Part shown: in pieces, positions 49,878-62,700 of the stretch
Position numbering within the stretch: position 1 is the first letter of the stretch
Layout of the letters: each line of letters starts with the position of its first letter
Origin: Epiperipatus broadwayi
Taxonomy: Eukaryota > Animalia > Onychophora
Assembly (NCBI GenBank): GCA_028023455.1
Contig: JAQFVV010000003.1
Coordinates: 13,888,001-13,952,000, forward strand
DNA length: 64,000 nt
Direction of reading: 5' to 3'
The notes under the pieces: model-generated
What the model was told of the DNA's origin: nothing
The model's database searches: none
What the model saw: the letters and a program-made list of their open reading frames with translations, nothing else
Program-made: the position numbers and the translations under genes

Positions 49878-52094
49878 CTACAATATATATATACACACAC
49901 TATTAATAAAATTGATAATTACTAAGAATAAAAAATTTAAATATGATGTTAGAAACAATATAAAAGTTGATCTTAGATTTCATATACATCTTTGATTTAA
50001 GCAAAATAAACTCAATCACTTGAAGACATTAAATTCTATTTTAAAAAATTTAAGAAGAGAATGTAAACATGTTAGTATTGGAATAATTATAATTCCTAGC
50101 AAATTCTAACTTATAACTATAGAAAAAGTTGAAATTTGAAGATTAAAAAGCAATGTCTTTGTGGATGTTCAATTTATCCCAACAGCACTTTTTTAAAAAA
50201 AAAAAAACATTGGACAAAAAAAAAAAAGATAGCCAAAATTTTGGTGCAAAAATAGTGTCAACTTTTTTACTATTTTAGTTTAAACATTTGTATAATTTTA
50301 TATAATACATATAGAGAACAAATATGGTCATTTATTCAATCCAGAAAATGTTAAGCTGGTTGGTTCTGAAAAAAAAGTATGATGCATTTCTAAGATCAAG
50401 TAGCATCACATAAGATAATCAGTAGAACATTTAAATTTAAATATTAATGAAAAAACGTCTAATAATACCTAAGACATTCTAATTAATTCAGACAGCAACT
50501 AAAAATCGATTATGTTGCACTGCATCAAAAATGTATTTGACATAAAAGGCTAAAATAAAATATATCCATTTAAGAACTAATATTTTTTCCTTGTTAACAC
50601 ACATTATTATTTTATTATATATAAAAACAAAGAATTACTGATTACAATAAATTAGAATATAGAATTTAGCCAATAATACATTATAGCATTAAATATCTCG
50701 AAGTATATTATTCGAATATAAGAAAGCATTCTATTTTTGAAGTAATGTTTAAAATACATGCTTTTTCCCAGAATAGCTGCAAATTAAAGATCAACTACTT
50801 TATTTGTCAATATGATAATGCAACAACATAAACTCATTTGTTTAAATACATTATAAAAAGTTGCAAAAAGAATTTTAAGTAATGCTATTAAAAAAAGAAA
50901 AAGATTTGCATTGTATTACACAATCTCACGGCAAATTATTTTATGATATAATAAAAGTAATACAGAGTTTCCACTTATAAATACAATAAAGAAAATTTTG
51001 ACAAATAAGTAAAGAGCAAAAATGTATGACAACAAAAAGCTTTTTTAATTTATCAATTGTAAAAATAGCAATAAAAATCAAAACCAAAAACAATTATTAG
51101 AATGTAAACTGAAATATGTAGGAGCAAAATAGAATAATTTTTACATAGAAATAACAGCAGATTTTAAAGTAGCCATTAAAGAAATATAGAATAAAGACAT
51201 CATCTTTAAACAAGCAGCAGATACTTAGAATGATGTCTAAAACATCTTAACAAATAAGCAGGATAAAGCTATCAAGGACTTTAGAGGAATGCTTTTTAAA
51301 AGCAAAACTACATGTTTGAAAGAAGAGAAAGAGAATCAATTTGCTTTCTTGGATAAATAACAAATATAGATAAAACAACAAATAAAAAATTTAAAATTTA
51401 ATAATTTAAATTCATACAATTTTTAAAACAATGAAAGATAAAAATTATTAATATTGTATTGAGAAAATATAAGACTAAGGCAGGCAATCAATAGCTTAAC
51501 TCTACACATATTCTCTGATGTTAAAATTGAATACCATCTTTTATTAAGTAATAATATATTTTGAAGATTCATATTATCATAAAACAACTAAACAGATTGC
51601 TAAATGACTACAAAAGGAGTTTGGTTTTGGAAAATGTACAATTAAAGTGATCCTTTGAATTGCTGATTTAATTAAAGCAGATTAAAAAAAACATTCGCAT
51701 CATTCAATGTAGTTGAACGTTATGGATTATTACAGCACACTGAGTTTAGTTAAGATAATCAAAGAATTATTGGAAAAAATACAGTTTTGATAAATAAAAA
51801 GGACTTATTAATTATCAATATATTTAGTTGGATAAGCAAGAATATTATTATAATATCCAATTATAAACAATTCCTGACTAATGATATTACTAGGCAATGG
51901 TACCACCAGCAGTTTAATGTTAGTCAATATTGAAAATAAACATAAATATGAAAATATTATTTATAAACAATAGACTGATAATATATGCAAATCTTCAAAT
52001 GTAATAATGGATGTGCATAACAAAGTGTGTGCTGTCTCAATTTTACAATGGACTTTGGAAAATGAGGATAACTTCATTAACCTAAAATATTTAG

Positions 52095-52654
52095 TACATT
52101 AAAGATCAGCCTTTTCAAGCTATTTGTGCATGCGCTTTTTACGAGTGTTAATAATAAATGAATACTTTCATTCCCAACATGAGATATAGTATTTATGAAA
52201 GAACAAAATGAATCCACTTGTTCTTTCCAACCCAAATGCTTATATATGGGCAAATCTTAAGTACTGGAAATGAAAGCGTGAGGTTAAACCACTCACTTTA
52301 AATTACTGTTTACGATATCTGAATAAATGACGTCGACGAAATTATCTGGAATTTACTAAACATCACTCTCAAATGAAACTTAAACATATGTAAATAAGCA
52401 TTTATTTTATATAGCGCTATGTTTATAATTGTAATACATTAAAGATCAGCCTTTTCAAGCTATTGTGCATGCGCTTTTTACGAGTGTTAATAATAAACAA
52501 ATACTTTCATTCCCAACATGAGATATAATATTTATGAAAGAACAAAATGAATCCACTTGTTCTTTCCAACCCAAATGCTTATATATGGGCAAATCTTAAG
52601 TACTGGAAATTACTGTTTACGAGATCTGAATGAATGACGTCGACAAAATTATCT
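52095..52654. repeat. Recent duplication (52095-52347 and 52435-52654, period 340)
   Basis: Near-identical copies. Copy 1 has an extra 32-bp hairpin-forming segment at 52272-52303. Confidence 0.9.
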
Positions 52655-52822
52655 AGTTTTAAATTTGTTTATATTTAGATTTGTTTATATTTATATTTGT
52701 TTATAAATAAAAATAAAAAAGATTTGTATTACAAAATTATTGTTAAACTAATTAACATTAGGGATGCTATTGTACCACCTTGGTCAGATCTTGATTATTA
52801 AAAAAAATATTTTACTGTTGTA

Positions 52823-52957
<135 letters not shown>

Positions 52958-54083
52958 TTTATTATTATTATGATGATGATGATGATGATAGAAAATGATG
53001 AAATATTTTTATTATGTTAAAGTTTGGTACAGCTAAGTATAGTGTAAAATTACAGATTTAAGAACTAAAATTCTGGGATAAAAGTTCAATTTATCAATAT
53101 TTTGCATTTTAATCTTTGAAATACATATGATTTCTTAATGAGTTATTTAATTCCTATTGCAAATAAGAAAAGTAATAAAAGAAAAATTTTTGAATCACTT
53201 GATATTTTAATTTAATTTTATGATAGCATTAAACAATTATGAATGTATATGTTAGTGAGATGATAAGATATAATAAAAAATGATAGGTTATATTTAAAAT
53301 TAAATCTTAAGTAAAGTGATCCTTATATGCTAAAGATTAATATAATTTTTTTTTATTGTAGTAGAAGGCAATGTAACCATTTTGATCAGACCTTGAATAT
53401 TAATTTAGCTATTTAGTTTATAGTTATTTAGTTTATAAGTTATTCATTATTAAAATCATCAAGCGACATCTTATCTAATTTTAGCTTATGTAAACATTTA
53501 AAATAAGACAATTTGTAATTTGTTTTGCTTTTACCCTTTAAAATCATTCACAATCTGTTTTCTTATTTTGATAAAGTAAGGCAATAAGTAAATTTGCTGT
53601 ATTAAATTTAATAGCTTTTAAATAGGTGAATAATAAGTTACATTTTCACATGTAAGTATATCTATGTATATATGCATATATTAATTTTAAATTCACAAAT
53701 ATTTTAGGGGTAATGTTTGCTTTAAAAAAATGTTTGTAACAGTATTTTAAAAACAAGCATAATGTACTTTTTTTATTATTTTAAAATAAATTTAAAAGCC
53801 ATTATTACTATATTATTTGTAAAATGCTTTTGTTTTAAAACTAAAAATTCAAAGAAGACATGTTATTGCCAACTTGTGCAAATGACCTCAATAATATTTG
53901 TCTGAATGTTTGTGATGATGGTACATTAGAAGTGATAATATATTGGACTATTTCATCATCTATCAGTAAATGTTCAATGTATAAAAAATTTTAAATTTCA
54001 ATTAAACTTTTCATATACAAACAACTTGTTAGTAATAATATATTTCGAGTTTGCTGGTCCGACCAGTGACCAATATTAATATA

Positions 54084-54156
54084 GGAGTTGAACTCACACT
54101 TTTAGATTCTTGAATATCGAATTTCAGACAAATGCTCTAACCAACTGAGCTATTCT
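54084..54156 (-). promoter_or_regulatory. tRNA-like Pol III A/B-box head inside the family A pLTR (other copies at 55851-55965 and 58560-58631, plus strand)
   Basis: GAATAGCTCAGTTGGTTAGAGCA (A-box/D-arm-like) ... GAGTTCAACTCC (B-box-like). Not a complete cloverleaf. Confidence 0.6.
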
Positions 54157-54249
54157 GGAAAAGGCAACAAATAGTATAAATTTCATATATTTATATATGG
54201 AGACTGGTTCAAATCCTCCTGAGTCCGTCATTTTTTGTTTATTATTATT

Positions 54250-55767
54250 TTTTTCTAAAAGCAAGATTAATTACAGGTTTCCTTACATTATGTATTGACA
54301 CACTGAGTTGACTTATAAGATAATTTACCATTATCATATGAGTAGCTTCCTTGAATGTTCTTCTTTGTACCTTTTTCTCTCTATCCAATATTTTTGTATT
54401 TTCCCAATTAAACATATGGTCATATATGGTCTGCTACTGTAGACACATTCTTATTCTTTTAAACATTAGTTTATGTTCTTTCAATTGCTGTTCAACAGGA
54501 TGATAGGTCTCCCCATTATACTTCCTTCCACATTCACTTGGTATTTCGTAGATGCAGTTTTTGTTCTTCAGCATTTCTAGTTTAGATTTGGTAGAAATAA
54601 GAACTCCTCGAAGTGTAGTATAACTTTTGAAAGCTGTTCTAATGTTATATTGACCAGATTTTCTTTAATTTGTCTTTCATTCCTGGTATATATTTTTTTC
54701 CCTCTGGTGTCTCTATTTGTTGTCTATTAAAGAATTTCTTGATGACCACTGATGGATAACCATTCTTCATGAGAGTTTCTTCTATGTGAATCTTTTCATT
54801 TTCCAAGTCATTTGTTTCCAAAGAAACTTCTTTTGCTCTTTTCTGTAGCAATAGTATAATTCCATGTTTAGTGCTTCTGGTATGATTGGATGTATATGCC
54901 AAGTACTTGCCAGTGTGTATTGGTTACTTATATATTGTTTTTACTTTGCCTTAAGGGAATCTTGACACAAGAATGCCAATTTTTGTTTTTGTTCTGATTC
55001 CATTCTGATGATATGCATCCAGAATAACTGTAATTGTGTCTTACCATGTGGCCAAATGAAAAATGTATCAACACAGCGAAGCCACACCTTAGCAGACATG
55101 ACTATTATCATTATATAACCATTTCCTTATAATAGACAATGCCTCATAACATGGCACATTTGTAAATAGATTTTCCATGTCAAAGCTTACCAAATATATC
55201 AGTTCTTTCCATTTTCATGTCCCTGACTAATTCTACAAAGTGTTTAGAATTCCTGATGAAAGAATGGGTCCTATATGCCAATGGATTAAGAACTATTATA
55301 ATTAAGAACTTCAAGAAGAAATCGACAAATTTTGAGATGGTGAATTTCTAAAAGGAACAATAGGCCTTAATGAAACATTATCTTTGTGAATTTTAGATAG
55401 TCCATATAGATGAGGAATCTTGCTGAAATTTAAAATTAATTTTCTTTTTTCTGAATCACTGAAATATCTGCAATGTTTCTGGAGTAATGCTTGTAATTTT
55501 ACTTTCTGTATTTGAAATTGAATTTTTTGTTATGTTTTTGTATTGGCCTGCTGCGAAACATCCTGATATTTTGTTATCATAATCAGTTTTATCCATTACA
55601 ACTGTAATGTTATCATTATCAGCATGAAGAATGATTATAGATGTATCCTGTTTGAGAGATTTAATAGCTTTTCTCTTATCACATGAAATGTTTGATTTCT
55701 GCTTTTGATGTCTCTTAAGTGTCCTTTTAAATCATTAGTGTAATTCTGCTGCTTCTTCCAGAAGCAA
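54250..55767 (-). pseudogene. Inverted, 5'-truncated and internally deleted copy of the same PLE ORF
   Basis: The reverse complement aligns by eye to about 56745-58490 (for example YTSNHTRSTKHGII and LMKNGYPS in ORF 54645-54902). Confidence 0.88.
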
Positions 55768-55996
55768 AAAAAATAATTGAAGGACTCAGAGAAGGATTTG
55801 AACCAACCCTCATAAATATATGAAATTTCTATTATCTGTTGCCTTTGACAGAATAGCTCAATTGCATCACATGATGGAGAGTTTTGCTCTGTTTAATAGC
55901 TCAAATGATTAGAGTGTTTGCCTTAAATTCGATATTCAAGAATCTAAAGGTGCAAGTTCAACTTCTATGCTAATACTGTCACTGGTCAGGCCAGCA

Positions 55997-56041
55997 ACAC
56001 CTGAAGAAGAGTGGAGAATAACATTACTCAGAACATTGTGT
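55997..56041 (+). ncRNA. Degenerate hammerhead motif in the family A pLTR (also 58660-58713; deleted form near 54040-54060, minus)
   Basis: ACAC-CUGAAGA-A-GAGU(13 nt)ACUC-AGAAC-AUU-GUGU. The other copies supply CGAAA/GAAAC, giving the consensus CUGAAGA..GAGU/ACUC..GAAACGUU. Confidence 0.5.
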
Positions 56042-56214
56042 CATTACTAACCTGTGTTGTCTATTTGTATGTTATTAACAAGTTGTTTACATTTGAAAAG
56101 TTTAAATAAAGTTTAAAATTTTTTAATTATTCAGCATTTACTGATAGTTAATGGAAATAGTCCAACATATTATCATATCTAATATACCATTATCATAAAC
56201 CTTCAGGCAAATAC

Positions 56215-58506
56215 TAAATAGTTGGTATGAACCCAATGCTATGTTAAAGTTTATACATTATGAAAAATTATGTCAAAAACTGATTAAAGTAGAAAATTAT
56301 TTAATTTTCTTATGTAAATTGAAAGGGATTTTTCTTAAGGATTTGCAATTAAAACTTTCTACTTCCTCCAAGAGAGTTGAGAAGATTATTCAGAGAGTAA
56401 ATGAGGCCTTATTGAGAGAAAGAATAATATGTTCTATGGTTTTCTAAGTATCAAACCTTGTGTTCCATTAGAATATGGAATGTTTTCTAAAAAATAAACT
56501 TACAGATTAAGATTTCTCAAGAATTTGTCAAGGAGTGAAAAGATCATATCTTAAATTTCATGGAAGGATAAGAAGCTTGTAAATCTATATGGGCAAGTCA
56601 AAATCAGTGAAAAATCTTAATTCTAAACATCTTACTGATGCTGAATTATATGTTCTTGGAAAAGGTTTGAACTTTGCTATTATACCAGCTACTGTCCATT
56701 ATTGGATATAATGACAGCCACTGAGAAAATCACCCAAAATTTGCCTCTGGAAGAAGCACCAGAATTATGCTGGAGAGTTAAAAGGACACTTGAGGAACAT
56801 CAAAAGCAGAAATCAAACATTTCATGTAATGAGAGGAAAGCCATTAAATCTCTCAAACAGGATATATCTAAAATCGTTCTTCCTACTAACAAAGGTAATA
56901 CTACAGTTGTAATGGATAAAACTGATTATGATAACAAAATACCAGGACTTGCAGGCCAATACAAAAAAGTAGCAAAAAATCCAATGCCAAATATAGAAGT
57001 AAAATTACAAGCAGTACTCCAGAAGCATTGCAGGTATTTCAGTGATTCAGCAAAAAGGAAATTAACTTTGAATTTCAGCAAGATTCCTTACCTAGATGAA
57101 CTACCTAAAATCCATAAAGCTAATGTTCCATTAAAATTTATCATTAGTTCTAGAAATTCATCATGTCAAAATTTATCTAGATTTCTTCTTGTAGTTCTTA
57201 GTCCATTGGCATACAGGACACAGTTTTTCATCAAGGATTTTAAGCATTTTGTAGAATTAGTCAGACATGAAAATGGAAAGAACTGGCATATTGGTAAGCT
57301 TTAATATGGAAAATCTCTTTACAAATGTATCATGTGATGAGGCATTGTCTACTGTAAGGAAAAGGTGATATAATGATAACAGTCTATAAACTAGAACAAC
57401 TCTACCCATTGATAGTATAATGAAATTATTGACATTCTGCATAACAACAATGTAAATATAATCAGAATTCTTCCAACACAATCAAGAAATGGTCATGAGA
57501 TTACCAATCTGTCACCATTGTTCACCAACACTTACATGGAAGAATTTGAAACCACAAGCATATGCCCGCCTAAAATGTAGCTTCACTATATTGATACATT
57601 TGTTGTAAGGCAACATGGTGAGGCGCAATTGCAGTCATTCTGGATGCATATCAACAACATATTTTCTTCAATTAAATTCACAAAGGAATCAGAAAGAGAA
57701 CAAAAAATTGACAATCTTTGATGTTCTCGTGACAAGACTCCCTCAGGACAAAGTAAAAACAACAGTGTATAAAAAACCAACACACATCGGCAAGTACTTG
57801 ACATATACATCCAATCATACCAGGAGCACTAAACATGGAATTATACTATCACAACAGAGCGAAGGAAGTTTGTTCAGAAACCAGTGATTAGAAAATGAAA
57901 AGTTCACATAGAACAAACCCTCATGAAGAATGGTTATCCATCAGCGGTCATCAAGAGAACATTTAATAGACAACAAAAAAAGACACTAAAGAAAACAATT
58001 ATTGGTAATATAGTGTATCCATACATAGCACAAATGGCAGACAAATTAAAGAAAATCTGCAGTCAATATAACATTAGAACACCTTTTCAAACCCATACCA
58101 GACTTTGAGGAATTCTTACTTTTACCAAACCTAAACTGAAAATACTGAAGAGCAAAAACTGCATCTATAAAGTACTGTATGAATGTGGAAGTAAATTAGT
58201 GAGACTTGTTGCTCTGTTAAACAGAGATTGAAAGAATACAAACTAATGCTTAAAAGAGAAAAAACAGATGTCTCTATAGTAGCAGACCATGTATGTACTA
58301 ATGACTATATGTTTAATTGGGAAAATATAAAAATATTAGATAGAGAGGAAATGGTGCAAATAAGAAAATTCAAAGAAGCTGCTCATATGACAATGGCAAA
58401 TAATCCTATAAGCCAGCCCAGTATGGCAATACACAAAACATGGAATCCTCTAATAAATCTTGTTCTTAGAAAAAAACAAAAAACTGAAGCATTCAGGAGG
58501 ATTTGA
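56215..58506 (+). pseudogene. PLE ORF remnant (N-terminal domain, RT, GIY-YIG endonuclease)
   Basis: ALLRERI; LGKGLNFAI; LPTNKGNTTVVMDKTDY; LPKIHKANVPLK; YIDTF (decayed YxDD); VYKKPTHIGKYL.Y.SNH; LMKNGYP; NCIYK...ECG; VADH...FNWENIKIL..E...RKFKEA. Many frameshifts and stops. Confidence 0.9.
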
Positions 58507-61500
58507 ACCAACCCTCATATATAAATATGTGAAATTTCTACTATCTGTTGCCTTTAAAAGAATAGCTCAATTGATTAAAGCATTTGCCTTAAATTTGATA
58601 TTCGAGAATCTAACGATGCAAGTTTGACTCCTATGCTAATACTGTCACTGGTCAGGCCAGTAATACCTGAACAAGAGTGGAGAATAATACTACTTGAAAC
58701 ATTATGTCATTACTAACCTATATTGTCTATTTGTGTAATATTACAAACAAGTTGTTTATATTTGAAAAGTTTAAAATTTTCTATGCATTCAACATTTACT
58801 GATACATGATGGAAATAGTTCAACATATTATTAGATCTCAATAATAGTTCTTTTAAAATAAAAGAGTTAAACTTGAGTGTGTCAATCGCAACAAAGTCTA
58901 GGATGATGATCTCATTAATATGTAAATAGTATAAATAAGCCAGTGATCTTAAGTTTATTATATTGTTCATATATTCATATTGGTTACATCTGTGCTATGT
59001 TTTTATAATAGATATTTGTTTTTTAAAATGCAGTATTTACATATTATAAAGATGTTTTTGAGGAAAGCAATATGATGAGAGGATAAATAAAAGCTTGATT
59101 TTTACTCTGAAGGACAAACATGTAAATCTACTGAAATTTTAGAAGCAAGAACTGAAATATGATTTGCTATAGCATTCTGGAAAAATTTTTAAGAGAAAAT
59201 TTTAAATGCTTGTCTAAAGTTAAAGTGAATATACATATGCACACATTTAATATATATGTAAGAATGCCAATGAATGGAAATAATAATTTGCCAAAAATTC
59301 AAAATAATATCGACTTACTAGTGGAATAATTAAAAATTATAAAAATGTTAATAAAGTGTTAAATGTAATTCTATATATATACATGTTCATATACATCTCG
59401 TGTTTATGGATTATTGATGTGCTAAAAGACAGAATAATAGCTATTTAAACAAATAGAAAAAATCAATATCAGCCTGCATTTATATTTTATATGTCAACGA
59501 AGCCAGAACTAAGGATATATACAATTATAACTTTGAATGTGATAATCTTTTAAAATAAATATTATGCCTTAATAATACCTTACTTGGAATTACTAAACTA
59601 TAAAAATATTGAATTTTTTTAATGGATTTCTGGAGCTTAATAAAAGGAAACTTAAAGAGTCGAAGAATTCTTAGTGATGAACATTAATCATTATTTACAG
59701 GTTATTTGGTTTATTTATAATTTGTTATATACTTATTTGATTTAAATGTTAAATCACCCCACATGGTTAAAATAACCAGTACCGCCCTCTGTGAACTAAT
59801 ATATAAATACATTTGATTTAATATTATTAGTATTTTAAAAGGGTTATTTAATGTGTATTTATATGTGAATGAATATTTAGATGTGTAATTAACCAAAAGA
59901 AAATCTTAATAGTTCTAAATTTTATAATTAGTAATCAAAATAGATTTTCTTAATAACTGGTTTTGGTTTATTCATTAAATGTCTAGTAGGCAAACAAACT
60001 ATAACAAGTTAGTATTTTATCATATATTATAACTTTATAATGTTTATTTGAGATTAAGATATAAATGGTATTTTCTTCTGGTTTTGGAAAGAATATTTTG
60101 TTTGTCTAGCACCACTTTGATAATTTAAACAAATACAAACTTATATAATATTTTAAATCTAAATTCTTGTAATATATTAATTAATGTTCTATTGTCCACT
60201 TTGTGAATAAATTATTATTATTATTCATTAAATCCAAATTCTGAGTTTTATTTAAATTAATAAATATAAGATATAGCAATTATAATTTATATTTTTTTAT
60301 TATAAACATGGAAACATAATATCTAATTAGTAATTAACATAAATTTTATCACTATATTAGTGTTAAATAATCATTAAAAGTTAATTTAATATTTTCATAA
60401 ACAGTCATTGGTATCAAAGCTATTAAAAAATTCTTGCAATAAAATTCTATATAATCACTGTACTTAATATTTTCATACATTTTGAATATAAGATAAATTT
60501 ACCATACAGTAGCAGAAGGGGAATTTATGAATGACGAATACCAACATAAATTTATTAACAAATTTTAAATTTTACTCCACATAGATTTTAGTTATTTTAT
60601 TAATAAAATCCTACTTAATTTTCATTCATTTTATTCTATTAGATTTGATTTATTAACTAATACAGCATTAATACTTTTAGCTTGCATATTTACATATTTA
60701 TATTATTTAATTAGTATTATTTTAAATTTCAACTTTACAATTTACAGGGCATTAATAAGAACTAGAATTTTTCTATTCTTGATTGTATCAGTATAAATTT
60801 GGTGTTTAAAACTAAGGCATATGTATAGTCTTTTATTTCTCTTGTCTCATTTTTTTATTTTATATCATTACAAATTTTGGAACCCTTGATTGAAGTCTTT
60901 GAAGAGTCTCTCCCTCATGTTCATTTTATACCATTATGGGTACATATCCACAATTTCAGATTCAAACAACTTACAAACTAACAGGTTTTAAAAGTTTCTT
61001 AAGTTGGAATTACTGTCTGTATAAATTTGATTCTCAAAGTTATGTAGAGAGATGATCAATTAATTAAAAAAATTTTTTTTTAAAATGGAGAGAGTAAAAT
61101 AAAGGTCAAAGAAAAGAAATAGAAAAGACTGTTTCACCAGAAAAAATATCTATTTTTTGATGTAGTAACATTTTATTCTACAAAGCATCAGAAGACGGTC
61201 TTTGATCAGGCATTGCTGCAAACCTTGACAGAATATTAGTTTTGATCAAAATAATATCTTATTAAAAGTGATCACAAAAAAAAAAAAAATAGCATGACTA
61301 TAAAGCATAAGAAATATTATATTTCTAGGTCGTATACTATTTGATAATCTTTTATATTAAGTTATACTGTAATTTGCATTTATGAATTAATCAACTCATC
61401 AAGACATTTAGATATATAAATCATGAAGATATCAGTGGTGGGCTTCTTATATAAATGATAGCCCATGATGAAGGATTGAAAATATATTAATATGTATGAA

Positions 61501-62289
61501 GAGTATGCTAAAAAATAAAAAAATGACTATAATCAACTAATATAGTATTGTTTATCTTAGTATAATATCTAGAATGACAATTTGTTATCTAATGCCATAG
61601 ATATACTTTGTTTTACTGTATGTGTGTGTCTGTATGTATGTATATATATATGCAACCTTGGAACATTTTTTTAACAGGCTTAGGCGATTTTTCTTTTAGA
61701 TTATTGACTAAACCCCAACTCAGCTAATCATTCAATATTAAGCAATAATTGGGTATTTAGCTATTTAAGTAGTTACAAAGTAAAAACAAGGATAGAAAAT
61801 TACTCAAATCCTCACACCTGGTAATTGACAAGTCTAGCATTATCATGTTCACTGTTCCTCTATGAATGCCTGTTGGAGAAATTTTTTCCCTGTAGTAAGC
61901 AGTTTAAAGGCTGTTAATTTTTTTAATATATAGGATTATAGTTAAATTACTAATATTGAGCATCAGTTTAGTGAATTGGTCAGAATATCATAAACTAATT
62001 GACTAATATTACCATATTGAGACAAATGTGAGATTACTAAATCTCCCCTCTCTCATAAAAAAACAAACAAAAAACATTTAGTTAGGCCAACACTTGTTTT
62101 CCTGTAGAATACTGCTCTGAGCCAGAAAAGGTTATTATTAAAAGCCTTCCACATCTTATTACTTTTATAAGCCTGGATTTTGTACATAGTAAGGTGATTA
62201 ATTATACTTATTATTGACTTCTTGATTTATATATTATATGTAAATTATATAAGCAAAACCAGCTTTCTACTCTAGCATAATTTATTATC

Positions 62290-62700
62290 ATCACCAATTG
62301 TATTCTGTCCCATGGACAGGCCCAGAGAGTAGTCACATCATAAATTCACCCATTTACCCATTCCATTGCCTTCATTGCCCAGCTCTTCAATTCCACGTAA
62401 CTCTTACCATTTCTTATATCATCCAACAATGTCAATCTTTTCTGTCCTTTCTTATTGCTTCCACTCACCATTCCCTCCAAAACATTTTTCACTAAACTAT
62501 ATTTTCTTCTTAATATATGCCCAATCCAGATTCTCTTTCTTTTTCTTCAATCAATCTTCTTTTTTCATTTACTCTTTATTCTCAAACCAGTTTATAGTTT
62601 TTGCCTTTATCCATGAAAAACCATGCTGGAGATTCAAAAACACTATTATCTGGAAAACCCTGATTACTCATGCTTACAGTAAATGGCATGCAGCAAGCTG
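62290..62700 (-). mobile_element. RTE-clade LINE ORF2 C-terminal remnant
   Basis: RKRKRIWIGHILRRKYSLVKNVLEGMVSGSNKKGQKRLTLLDDIRNGKSYVELK matches the RTE C-terminal pattern. Confidence 0.75.

Larger units (their letters stand above)
53880..58835. mobile_element. Penelope-like element family A composite: inverted pLTR plus inverted 5'-truncated copy, then pLTR, ORF, pLTR
   Basis: A 350-430-bp repeat occurs at about 53880-54240 (minus), 55775-56200 (plus) and 58490-58835 (plus). It flanks PLE ORF remnants at 54250-55767 (minus) and 56215-58506 (plus). Confidence 0.88.

Noticed and set aside
49801-49995. Plus-strand [15 protein letters not shown]
   Set aside because: It is the antisense reading of the POC1 exon at 49798-49877.
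52630-52660. Helitron 3' end (attatCTAGt)
   Set aside because: No convincing subterminal hairpin, and the other copy ends ctgg.
54084-58631. Functional tRNA genes in the three pLTRs
   Set aside because: No acceptor-stem pairing, an over-long disrupted anticodon/variable region, and degenerate B-boxes. Treated as tRNA-derived heads.
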